This document shows positions 1-8,086 of a stretch of DNA of 62,134 nucleotides, one piece after another. The stretch is from the IMG/VR virus record IMGVR_UViG_3300045988_174550. The stretch is one strand, 5' to 3'. Under the pieces are notes generated by a model. The model was not told where the DNA came from, did not search any database, and saw nothing but the letters and a program-made list of their open reading frames with translations. Source of the stretch: a virus. How positions within the stretch are numbered: the first letter of the stretch is position 1; each line of letters begins with the position of its first letter. Position numbers and translations under genes: made by a program.

Positions 1-55
1 TGCATGGGGCAAGCGTCAACAGCTTGCCTGAGCATGAGCAAGTATACTTCGTGGG
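1..55. repeat. Terminal overlap: nt 1-46 are identical to 62089-62134. This is circular closure or terminal redundancy. nt 1-55 continue the last 38-bp repeat plus the 23-bp module (catgagcaagtatacttcgtggg).
   Basis: Direct base-by-base comparison of both window ends. The same 23-bp module also occurs at 62036-62058. Confidence 0.9.
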
Positions 56-149
56 CTTCGCCGCTCGGCACGGCAAACTCTGAAAAGTAACACGCACCTT
101 TTGCTACGTGCCGCCCAACGCTCTAACAAAAATTTTCGAAAAAATGAGC

Positions 150-171
150 AAAAAAAAAAAAAAAAAAAAAA
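150..171. repeat. A22 homopolymer
   Basis: 22 consecutive A residues counted directly, in non-coding context. Confidence 0.95.
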
Positions 172-245
172 CCCAAAAACCCTCTCTTTTTTGAAAACGA
201 GCGTTGGGCAATACGAAGCACAGGAAGAAAAAACAAACAAAAAAC

Positions 246-289
246 TAATTAATTATATATATATATATTTATATTTTATTTATTTTATT
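246..289. other. 44-nt tract with no G or C, including (TA)7-8; candidate DNA-unwinding element
   Basis: Read directly. It contrasts sharply with the G+C-rich remainder of the window. Confidence 0.5.
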
Positions 290-540
290 GTATTTTTTTC
301 TTCTTTTTGGCGTTGTGCAGAGCGAGACAAATCTCGTCTAACGTTTTTTCTTCCAGAAATTTCCGAAAAAAACAAATCCAGTCATTCCAGTAAGTAACAT
401 CAAATCCTTTTTCTACGTATGTTTTTTGAAGAAATGTTGGGTAGTACGTAGCAAAAGGTACACTTTACCATTTGTTACGTGCAATAACATTTTGCGCACC
501 TTTTGCTAGTTTTATCAACTAACGTTTTAGTATGTACGTC

Positions 541-590
541 TAACAAAAATAAAATCGCTCTAACGTTTCCAAAAACGAAAACGTTAGAGC
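541..590 (-). terminator. Rho-independent terminator for minus-strand transcription
   Basis: 12-bp perfect stem (557-568 / 579-590, GCTCTAACGTTT / AAACGTTAGAGC) with a 10-nt loop. On the minus strand it is followed by GATTTTATTTTTGTT. Confidence 0.6.
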
Positions 591-634
591 GTTAGATGAA
601 AACGCCTGTTTGCATTACGTAAAAAGTGACACGC

Positions 635-733
635 TCAGTAGCCGGTCGCTATGCAGTACATGATGATTGCGATTCCGGCAAGGCACATGCACGACATGCA
701 GACAAGCGCGATGGTGGCGAGTACTTCTTTCAT
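635..733 (-). CDS. Small hydrophobic peptide (32 aa, MKEVLATIALVCMSCMCLAGIAIIMYCIATGY); not in the ORF track
   Basis: ATG at 733 is preceded by CAGGAGAACC. One predicted TM helix. It lies downstream of a terminator, so expression is uncertain. Confidence 0.3.
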   Translation of the reverse strand: MKEVLATIALVCMSCMCLAGIAIIMYCIATGY

Positions 734-761
734 GTTTGGTTCTCCTGATGTTTGATGTTTA

Positions 762-795
762 CCAAAAACAAAAAGCCTGCTTTGTGGGCGGGCTT
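762..795 (-). terminator. Rho-independent terminator after the 926-1885 gene
   Basis: Stem AAGCCCGC / GCAGGCTT (one mismatch) is followed on the minus strand by TTTTGTTTTT (A-run 764-774 on plus). Confidence 0.55.
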
Positions 796-830
796 CGAAG
801 TAGATTTTGTGGGCTGTGAATCATTCAGCA

Positions 831-874
831 TTTGCATAGGATTGGTGCACTACCATACACCAATCCTATGCAAA
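831..874. repeat. Perfect 17-bp inverted repeat with a 10-nt loop
   Basis: TTTGCATAGGATTGGTG (831-847) and CACCAATCCTATGCAAA (858-874) are exact reverse complements. There is no T-run on either side. Confidence 0.85.
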
Positions 875-925
875 CACTGTTCCAATGCCGGGGAATCGTG
901 GGAAACGGTGATGCGTTGATTGAGG

Positions 926-1885
926 TTACTTGTTGTTTTCGGCGCGCTTGCGAACGGGTTTGGCAGGCATGGTGTCGGTCGGCTTGCCGTCAACGGCGGC
1001 GGCCTTAGGTATTATGTCCTGCGCCGTAAGTTCCCGTCCTCCAAGCTTATGCGGCAGCGCCGCGCAAGCGGCGTCCCAGATTTCGACAAGCGCCTTTCGG
1101 TCCATCGCGGATAGTAGATGTCTGTTGTCCTTTGCCTTTTCGAGTGCCTTGATCAGCGGTTCCAAATCCAGCGTCGCTCGCGGCTCCGCCTTGACGGTTA
1201 CGGCGTCATAATCAAAAGCCATGATGCCGTGGTACTGGCTCAGCGCAACCGCGAAAGATTCAGGCGTCAATCCATCCCGCATGTAGAAAGACTTCTCCTT
1301 AGCGTTGAAGCTTACTACGCTAAGATTTTCAGCGTAGTAGCGCTCAACCGCCTTAGCGGAAGAGTGATACTTAAAGCCGCCCGAAAAAATAAAAACGGCC
1401 TTCTTTATCTTTGCCCATTCAGGCAGAGCGGAGGCGACACGCGCAAAAGCATTCACTCGCGCCGTGCTCTTGCTGTTCATGATGTCGGCAAGAGAAGCGC
1501 GGAAGGCTTGGCAGATCAGCTTGCGCTTTTCGCCTTGCGTCTTAGTGATGTGAACAAGAATGGACTCAAAACTTTCATCAGTGAGAACGACGTTTGACAT
1601 GGTGATACTCCTATGCCGCATCGCCGCTTCCCACGATTCCCCGGCTTCTTTCTCTATGTGTAGAGGCTTCCGCGCTGAGTCGCGTACTCTCATGCAGTAC
1701 AGCAAGTATACAACATGAGCGCGATGCGCGGCGGCGCATGGCTCCGCCTCTTTGTCAAAGACCTTACAACCCATCATGCGGCAGGGTCGGTTGAGGGGGC
1801 CTTCTGCCCTCTCTGTAAATTCAAGATACACTTGCGAGATGGATATGTCAACAAGTTTTTTACTACGTAGCAAAACTTTTTTCAT
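926..1885 (-). CDS. Hypothetical protein, candidate regulator; possible shorter isoform from an internal start at 1600
   Basis: The frame is open from 1996 to 926, with the first ATG at 1885 (MKKVLL...). My hand count of third-position G+C is about 66% over 1601-1800. An in-frame ATG at 1600 (MSNVV...) has a strong SD (TAGGAGTATCACC-ATG). No family recognised. Confidence 0.6.
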   Translation of the reverse strand: MKKVLLRSKKLVDISISQVYLEFTERAEGPLNRPCRMMGCKVFDKEAEPCAAAHRAHVVYLLYCMRVRDSARKPLHIEKEAGESWEAAMRHRSITMSNVVLTDESFESILVHITKTQGEKRKLICQAFRASLADIMNSKSTARVNAFARVASALPEWAKIKKAVFIFSGGFKYHSSAKAVERYYAENLSVVSFNAKEKSFYMRDGLTPESFAVALSQYHGIMAFDYDAVTVKAEPRATLDLEPLIKALEKAKDNRHLLSAMDRKALVEIWDAACAALPHKLGGRELTAQDIIPKAAAVDGKPTDTMPAKPVRKRAENNK

Positions 1886-2066
1886 GGGGTTGGTCGGCTG
1901 GTCCGTCAATGGCAGATGATGACTGACGGTGACAGCTAATGACCGTGGGGCGGCATCCCAACACCCCCCGGGGGCGTTTTGGACGCGCGGGGGCATGGGC
2001 CATGAGAGAGACTACATATACTTTTACATACACACCCACACAGTACATTTCGCCCACGAAACTAAT

Positions 2067-2082
2067 GTTACTACTTAGTAAC
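2067..2082. promoter_or_regulatory. Palindromic candidate operator in the divergent intergenic region
   Basis: GTTACTA-CT-TAGTAAC is a perfect 7-2-7 palindrome between the minus-strand gene (start 1885) and the plus-strand operon (start 2150). Confidence 0.4.
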
Positions 2083-2149
2083 AACACTCTCCAAAAATAA
2101 ATTGTCAACTCCTCTATTTTCGTTTACATCTGTTTACGACGGAGGTTAT

Positions 2150-2407
2150 ATGAAACCGAAAGACGTATTGGACGCCGCCGCGACGCGGCTTACTGAAGAG
2201 AAGGCAAAGACCAGCGGACCCCACGAAGCCACCTTCCTCATGATTGCCCGCCTGTGGGCGGCGTATTTGAAGGTTCCGGTGTCGCCCCGCGACGTAGCCG
2301 TGATGATGGTCATGCTGAAGGCGTCCCGTGTGAAGTGTGCGCCGTATCCTTCTGATGACAATTTCGTGGACATGGCGGGCTACGCGGGCCTCGCGGCGGA
2401 TTTGTAG
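2150..2407 (+). CDS. Small conserved phage protein, DUF6378-like
   Basis: SD GACGGAGG lies before the ATG. The pattern ...FLMIARLWAAYL...SPRDVAVMMVMLKASR...DNFVDMAGYA matches my memory of this phage family. Confidence 0.6.
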   Translation: MKPKDVLDAAATRLTEEKAKTSGPHEATFLMIARLWAAYLKVPVSPRDVAVMMVMLKASRVKCAPYPSDDNFVDMAGYAGLAADL

Positions 2408-2477
2408 GAGGGTGCGTCCTTAGGCAATCCTTCCGCTGCCGTCGTCGATTTGACCGCCGGTGACCATGAGAAGGTGC

Positions 2478-3059
2478 ATGAATGGATTATGGGTCGGTGT
2501 TGCTGCAAAGGAGGCGAGTGATGTCTTCCCCCGCGTGCCGTCGGTTCGGCTTGATGATGGCCGGTATGTTCTGCCTGACGCCGTCTGCCTGTGGTTTTTC
2601 CGCGTGTTCGAGGCTTGCAAGGACGAGGTTTTCGGATGCCGCAGGCTCAGGGTTTTGCAGTATCGTGTGAATGACGAGCCTCAGGATTACCGGGCTCAGG
2701 TGGAGGAACATACTGCGACCGGCCATGCCGTCGTACGGGTAGAGCTCATCGCGGGCTTCGAATGCGAAGAGGACGTACCGACGTTCGACGACTTGCGGGA
2801 TACCGCAATACACGAAGCCTTCCATCTGCTCTTTTCCGATTATTCCTGCCTTGCGCTTTATGACCGCCGGACCCGTGACGACAAATGGAACGACGTCCTG
2901 AAGGCAGAGCATGAAATTATGAACACCCTCATGCAGGTGTTCGACCGGGGCGTAAAATTCGATGTCCCGTTTCCGCCGGACCGCGTCAGCACGGCGCGTA
3001 TTGAGCGGCTCATGTACAGGGTGCGGAGCATCGCATTGAAGGATGCCGGAAATGATTGA
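2478..3059 (+). CDS. Putative Zn-metallopeptidase (HExxH)
   Basis: HEAFH motif (IHEAFHLLF). Start is uncertain: GTG 2460, ATG 2466, or ATG 2478 with GAAGG upstream. Confidence 0.5.
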   Translation: MNGLWVGVAAKEASDVFPRVPSVRLDDGRYVLPDAVCLWFFRVFEACKDEVFGCRRLRVLQYRVNDEPQDYRAQVEEHTATGHAVVRVELIAGFECEEDVPTFDDLRDTAIHEAFHLLFSDYSCLALYDRRTRDDKWNDVLKAEHEIMNTLMQVFDRGVKFDVPFPPDRVSTARIERLMYRVRSIALKDAGND

Positions 3060-3136
3060 CGAGGGTTTGTAAACCATTGTAGATAAATATCCGGGGCAGT
3101 TGATCGCCCCGGCTATTTTCGTAAGGAGAAGACAAC

Positions 3137-6100
3137 ATGGCTGACGTCAAGAAAAATAGTGCGGCGAATCCTGATTGTGATTGCGGGTTGTCGTATATCG
3201 GGCGCGAGGAATGCGTGAAGGCTCCGGGTGTCGGGAACGACACCGCGTTTGTGCAGGGATTGCGTGGCAAGCGTGGCCCGCAGGGTCCGGCAGGCCCCAA
3301 GGGTGACACGGGCGAGCAGGGACCCGTCGGTCCGGCAGGCCCCAAGGGTGACACGGGCGAGCAGGGTCCGCAGGGCGAGAAGGGCGACAGGGGTATGCAG
3401 GGACCCGTGGGTCCGCAGGGTCCCGCTCCTGCGCATGTTTGGGATGGTACGATCCTGCGTGTCGAGAACTCTGACGGGACATGGGATGACGGTGTTGACC
3501 TGAAGGGCGAGAAAGGCGACACGGGCGAGAAGGGCGACACGGGCGAGCAGGGTCCCGTGGGTCCCAAGGGCGAGCAGGGTATTCAGGGTGCACAGGGGCC
3601 GCAGGGATATCTGGGCGAGAAGGGCGACACGGGCGAGAAAGGCGAGAAAGGCGACACGGGTGCGCAGGGTCCCGTGGGTCCGCAAGGTCCGGCAGGCAAT
3701 ACGGGTCCCGTGGGTCCGGCAGGCCCCAAGGGTGACACGGGCGAGCAGGGTCCGCAGGGCGAGAAAGGTGATAAGGGCGAGAAAGGCGACACGGGTGCGC
3801 AGGGTCCCGTGGGTCCGGCAGGCCCTCAGGGTCCGCGGGGTGAGAAGGGCGAGAAGGGCGACACGGGCAAGCAGGGTCCCGTGGGTCCGGCAGGCCCTCA
3901 GGGTCCGGGGTGCGCCGATTCCATTATAGACGCGGCGTATACGCTTGTGCCGTCTGAGTCCGTGGTTTTCGAGAAGATTTGTCTGTGTCTCGATATGGGT
4001 GGAGATGGCGGGGAGGTATCGGAGATCCCCCGTTTTGCAGAATTGTGCAAGGACAATGTCGAATTGGGCCTTGACCCCGCCGCTGCCTCACATCCTTACG
4101 AGGTCACGTTTACCGGGTCGGTGAGCGGTAGCGAGGCGGAAATAGCGAAGCGGTTTGCCAGATACAATACCATTTTTCTTTATTCCATCAAGTTGAATGA
4201 TGTGGAGTTCGATCTCGGCTATTGTGTGGACGCAAGCGACGCTACACGGCGGGGCAATTGCACGGGATACGAGTTTGAGGTGGGATTCTCCGGGGTCGAG
4301 AAATATACGCCGAATACACCTCTGCCGCTTGGCCTGCTGTTGAGCAAGGTGTCGATAAGCGTAGACACTTCGGACCCGGCGAATATGAGCGTCAGCTATT
4401 CCTTCACGCTCAGGCTGGATGCCGAGGCAGCGTTTGGCGGCACGCCGGGTGCGCTTCCTGCGACCGTTTTGCGTGTGCAGGGGACGCGCTGTGACGGCAC
4501 GGCGTTCGAAGCGAATGTTGACCTGATGTCGATGCTTGTGGATAATGGCTTTGCCAACGCCACGTTCAGGAATTTGCGGGGCGACTTGACGATGATGTTC
4601 GATTTGGTACAGGCTACCGCACCTAATTACGACGGCGTGACTGTCTCCAACGAATATATCGAAGAGATTGATGGATACCGCGTACGAGCCGTTGATGTGG
4701 TGACGAAGAAGAACCGCATTGCCGACGCGGTCTATGGTAATGCGCTCGAACAGGCGGCGTTCAGAGGGCAGCTTGGCGATCCGCAAAGTCTGGTTTCCAA
4801 CGCCGACAAGGTAATCACATCGTCCGTGTTGCAGGCATATGGAACGACGGACGGTATGCCGTCGGGCTATGACGGCAACACGGCCGCGTTGCTCATCACG
4901 CAGGCGTTCGGTGATACTAATGCTTTCAGTAATGACAAGGACGTTATGCAGTTTGCGGTGTTCGAAGCGCTGGAGACGAACAGGCCCGATATATACTGGA
5001 GACACAGCCATTCGGCGGACAAGGACTTGCCTACATGGAGCGAATGGATTCGGTTGCGGTTCGAGCCTTTCGTCGGCGCTACCGCATCTGCGGCCGGCGC
5101 TGCGGGGTTTGTTCCTGCGCCTGCTGCGGGAGACCAGAACAAGTTCCTGCACGGAGACGGGAACTGGTCGCTGGTTACGGACGTGGCGATTGGTGGGGAT
5201 CTCGGGGATCTGGCGAGTGCGCGGGGACAGATTGGAGCTGCTAAAGAGATGCCAAATCTGGACTTTAATACGCTTATAACTCCGGGAAACTATAGAATAA
5301 CGGGGAATCCCACTAACGGTCCTTCTTTGCCTCTCAATATCTCCGGAGCTTCCATCGGTTCTCTTATTGTAGCTGGTATTCCGGGACAGAATGGGCGCAT
5401 CTTTCAGATCATGATATCCGGTAGCGCGGTTACGTGGAGGACTATTCAAGATTCGACAGGAACGGCATGGAGCGCTTGGCAACAGTTGCTTTCAGGAAAC
5501 AAAGTTGGTGACGGCATTCGCGTCACCAACGGCATCATCTCCGTCCCCGAGATGCAGGGCGCGACGTCTGCGCAAGCGGGTGTGTCGGGGTTGGTACCTC
5601 CTCCCCTTGCGGCTGATGCCGGGAAGGTTTTGGGGTTTGACGGAACGTGGTCTTTTCCAAAAGACGTGGCGATTAGGGGGAACCTTGGGGATCTGGCGAG
5701 CACGCGGGGGCAGATTGGTGATTTGCGTTATGTATCAGCTAACAGCAGTTTAAACGACTACACAAAAACGGGGCAGTACTTTATACCGCAGGACAACTCA
5801 ATAAGAGATACTCCCTATATCGGGTGTCCTGGCTGGTTAAGCGTATCTACGTCCGGCTATTTCATAAAACAGGAGTTTGTAGAGTTTTCAGCAGCCAAAA
5901 AGAAATGGATGCGTGCGACTGATGACAAAAATAAACCTGAAAACTGGTTCGCTTGGACTGAAATATTGACCACGGCGTCTCTCGGTGACGGCATTCGCGT
6001 CACCAACGGCATCATCTCCGTACCCGAATACGAGGGCGCGACGGCATCGAAGGTCGGGACAAGCGGCCTTGTGCCGCCCGCAGCCGCCGGGCAAGCCAAC

Positions 6101-6205
6101 TACGTGCTCTGTGGCGATGGAGAGTGGCGGGACATAGCGACGCTTGTCGCCGCTGCGCAGGCTCGGCTTGCTGAATCTGTAAAAGCGGAAGAAGGGGCTT
6201 CATGA
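3137..6205 (+). CDS. Tail fibre protein with collagen-like Gly-X-Y tracts and a thrice-repeated distal domain
   Basis: SD AAGGAGAAG. Long GXY runs (for example GPQGPAGPKGDTGEQGP). Three copies of the tail-fibre motif GAT(A/S)..G.(A/S)G(F/L)VP(A/P)P......(L/V)L.GDG.W. Confidence 0.85.
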   Translation: MADVKKNSAANPDCDCGLSYIGREECVKAPGVGNDTAFVQGLRGKRGPQGPAGPKGDTGEQGPVGPAGPKGDTGEQGPQGEKGDRGMQGPVGPQGPAPAHVWDGTILRVENSDGTWDDGVDLKGEKGDTGEKGDTGEQGPVGPKGEQGIQGAQGPQGYLGEKGDTGEKGEKGDTGAQGPVGPQGPAGNTGPVGPAGPKGDTGEQGPQGEKGDKGEKGDTGAQGPVGPAGPQGPRGEKGEKGDTGKQGPVGPAGPQGPGCADSIIDAAYTLVPSESVVFEKICLCLDMGGDGGEVSEIPRFAELCKDNVELGLDPAAASHPYEVTFTGSVSGSEAEIAKRFARYNTIFLYSIKLNDVEFDLGYCVDASDATRRGNCTGYEFEVGFSGVEKYTPNTPLPLGLLLSKVSISVDTSDPANMSVSYSFTLRLDAEAAFGGTPGALPATVLRVQGTRCDGTAFEANVDLMSMLVDNGFANATFRNLRGDLTMMFDLVQATAPNYDGVTVSNEYIEEIDGYRVRAVDVVTKKNRIADAVYGNALEQAAFRGQLGDPQSLVSNADKVITSSVLQAYGTTDGMPSGYDGNTAALLITQAFGDTNAFSNDKDVMQFAVFEALETNRPDIYWRHSHSADKDLPTWSEWIRLRFEPFVGATASAAGAAGFVPAPAAGDQNKFLHGDGNWSLVTDVAIGGDLGDLASARGQIGAAKEMPNLDFNTLITPGNYRITGNPTNGPSLPLNISGASIGSLIVAGIPGQNGRIFQIMISGSAVTWRTIQDSTGTAWSAWQQLLSGNKVGDGIRVTNGIISVPEMQGATSAQAGVSGLVPPPLAADAGKVLGFDGTWSFPKDVAIRGNLGDLASTRGQIGDLRYVSANSSLNDYTKTGQYFIPQDNSIRDTPYIGCPGWLSVSTSGYFIKQEFVEFSAAKKKWMRATDDKNKPENWFAWTEILTTASLGDGIRVTNGIISVPEYEGATASKVGTSGLVPPAAAGQANYVLCGDGEWRDIATLVAAAQARLAESVKAEEGAS

Positions 6206-6492
6206 ATTTCCGAGCGGTTCTGAATATCCGCGCACTGTCTAATATTCGTGATGAAGTGCAATCATCTGCCGAAGTGGTAGATTCGGGGCTCCTGTCATTA
6301 CGTCTTGATGAACAGTGGGATTTGACGCTCTCCGTGGGGGGCAATCTTGCTTCGGCAGGGGGGACTATGCGTATCGTGCAGGATGTCGCATCGTATGTAC
6401 GCACATTCCAAGGAGAACTGTACTACGCGCAGCAAGACGGAATACCGTACTTCATGCGTGAGCTTGGGTCCCTCCCTCCCGCCGAGCGCTGA
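6202..6492 (+). CDS. Hypothetical tail-fibre-associated protein
   Basis: ATGA overlap with the stop of the fibre gene. 96-aa ORF, no family recognised. Confidence 0.5.
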   Translation: MNFRAVLNIRALSNIRDEVQSSAEVVDSGLLSLRLDEQWDLTLSVGGNLASAGGTMRIVQDVASYVRTFQGELYYAQQDGIPYFMRELGSLPPAER

Positions 6493-7144
6493 CGAAGTTG
6501 ATGACGCGCTCTATCTTGTCGATGCGAACGGGGTTGTCTATGCAACCCTGCAATCCACAAATTACGCAAATGGCAGTATGCTCGTCGGTCTTGCGGTGAA
6601 TACGTCTGTGAAAGGTGGCTCCGGGGGATGGCAGACGCTCAAGATCGGAGCTGACAAGAATGGGAAGTTCGTCTCGCATGTTCCCACACCCGATCTCACC
6701 GACGCTTCTGATAATATTGCCAACACGTTGTATGTCCAGGAAAATCTGAAATCGTATCTGAAACTTGCGGGTGGCGTACTGACCGGTGATGTGACCGTTC
6801 CGTCGATCAGCGGGTATCAAGTCGTTGATCACGAAGTGAACGGCGGATGGTACTTTTTCCCGGAAAACTTCTACAATTCCGGGAGAAACGGACGCTTTTT
6901 GACGAAAGCGGGTCTGAAAATTCAGTATGGCGGCGTTTCGGGTATGAGTAATGTGACTCAGCAAGTTACTTTTGCTGAGCCGTTTTCAACGATACCGATA
7001 GTCATAACGACGTCTGAATCGTCGGGGATTGAGCAAATTGCTGTGCCCCTGGGTGTGACGACCACAGGTTTTTCCCTTGGGCACACGTCGGCAGGAACCC
7101 AAACGGGAACGGTCTTCAAGCACTGGATCGCCATTGGGAGGTAA
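6458..7144 (+). CDS. Second tail fibre / receptor-binding protein (start uncertain)
   Basis: Motifs IANTLYVQENL..YLKLAGGVLTGDV and a C-terminal ...VTFAEPF..IPIV.....TTTGFSL....WIAIG pattern are typical of short fibre tips. GTG 6458 is the first plausible start in this frame. It could instead be joined to 6202-6492 by a frameshift. Confidence 0.6.
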   Translation: MSLGPSLPPSADEVDDALYLVDANGVVYATLQSTNYANGSMLVGLAVNTSVKGGSGGWQTLKIGADKNGKFVSHVPTPDLTDASDNIANTLYVQENLKSYLKLAGGVLTGDVTVPSISGYQVVDHEVNGGWYFFPENFYNSGRNGRFLTKAGLKIQYGGVSGMSNVTQQVTFAEPFSTIPIVITTSESSGIEQIAVPLGVTTTGFSLGHTSAGTQTGTVFKHWIAIGR

Positions 7145-7145
7145 T

Positions 7146-7670
7146 ATGGAATTTCATATCGGACAAGTTTTTCATGGGGTGTACCCGCCCGAGGCTGCGG
7201 ACTGGTGCAACAGCACGCAGCGAGCCTATATCGTCGAACGTGATGCGGTTGACGGTGAGAGACGGTTTGAGATCGTCGCGGTGCCCGAGCCGACATTTGA
7301 CGAAGTGCAGGCTGTCAAGCTCTCGGAGATCAATGCGGCTGCGGACAAATCCATAGCCTCGCTCACGGCGACCTACCCCGACCGTGAGATCGCCTCCTTT
7401 GATAAACAGGAGGCCGAGGCCCGCGCCTATGCCGCCGATCCCGCAACAGCGCTGACGCCTCTCCTTTCGGCGCTGGCTGAGGCGCGGGGCATCGACCTTC
7501 CCGACCTTGTCCGGCGCGTCATTGCCAAGGCCGACGCCTTCGCCGTGGCGTCCGGTTCGATTATCGGCCAGAGGCAGGCTTTGGAAGATCGCCTCGATAC
7601 ATGCACGACGGTTGAAGAGGTGCGGGCCATTACCGTCAATATCGCCATGCCGGGCGGGGAAGAAGCATGA
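7146..7670 (+). CDS. Tail fibre assembly/chaperone-like protein (DUF4376-like)
   Basis: SD GGGAGG. The segment KLSEINAAADKSIASLTATYPDREIASFDKQEAEARAY resembles the DUF4376 region. Confidence 0.6.
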   Translation: MEFHIGQVFHGVYPPEAADWCNSTQRAYIVERDAVDGERRFEIVAVPEPTFDEVQAVKLSEINAAADKSIASLTATYPDREIASFDKQEAEARAYAADPATALTPLLSALAEARGIDLPDLVRRVIAKADAFAVASGSIIGQRQALEDRLDTCTTVEEVRAITVNIAMPGGEEA

Positions 7671-7915
7671 CCTACGGAAAACGAACGTTGATCGCCGTCG
7701 ACCAGCTCATCAACGCCTTGCTCGGCGGCTGGCCGGACGAAACCCTGTCCTCGCGCTGTTACCGTTGGGCGCGGGACGGGGTGAGGGCATGGCCTTGCAA
7801 GCTCGTGGATGGGCTGTTCTTCTGGCAGAAGGAACACTGCAAGAGCAGTTACGAGAACGAGAGGGAGGGCAGGCAGTCCCCGCCGGAGTTGCGTCGCGTG
7901 ACCCCGGAAACATAA
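7667..7915 (+). CDS. Hypothetical small protein
   Basis: ATGA overlap with the upstream stop. 82-aa ORF in an operon context. Confidence 0.5.
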   Translation: MTYGKRTLIAVDQLINALLGGWPDETLSSRCYRWARDGVRAWPCKLVDGLFFWQKEHCKSSYENEREGRQSPPELRRVTPET

Positions 7916-7942
7916 ACCGTTAGAGTATGTTCAGGCAGAGGC

Positions 7943-8020
7943 GGGGGAGTTACGAGCTCCCCCACCGGCCCGGTGTACGACCACCGGACCACGGCCCCAC
8001 ACGATGCTGTAATCATCGTG
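7943..8020 (+). other. Two stem-loops in a 170-nt spacer between tail-fibre modules
   Basis: GGGGGAG-N7-CTCCCCC (7943-7963) and CACGATG-N7-CATCGTG (8000-8020). No clear T-run follows. Confidence 0.35.
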
Positions 8021-8086
8021 CAAGGTTTCCGCCTGCGGTTGTGCTCGTGACGAGCGCGCAACACATAACAGGCAGGGAGCCGGGGT

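Larger units (their letters stand above)
94..624. promoter_or_regulatory. Cluster of short repeated boxes; candidate operator or iteron region
   Basis: Core TTTTGCTACGT is at 99-109 (+) and inverted at 446-456, with variant TTTTGCTAGT at 501-510. CTAAC(G/A) boxes are at about 119-136, 335-349, 518-528, 537-550 and 556-568, and inverted at 579-598. TACGT cores recur at 106, 414, 445, 476, 534 and 616. Confidence 0.5.

Noticed and set aside
101-397. ORFs 101-397 (+) and 16-240 (-), with poly-Lys/poly-Phe runs
   Set aside because: These translate the A22 homopolymer and the A/T-only tract. There is no SD, the composition is implausible, and the region is better explained as regulatory or origin DNA.
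3010-3929. Multiple ORFs overlapping the collagen-like tracts (for example 3010-3567 -, 3113-3685 -, 3588-3929 +; likewise 39441-40061 - and 39134-40006 -)
   Set aside because: These are alternative-frame or antisense readings of the GGN-rich GXY repeats. Only the GXY frame continues into non-repetitive fibre domains.
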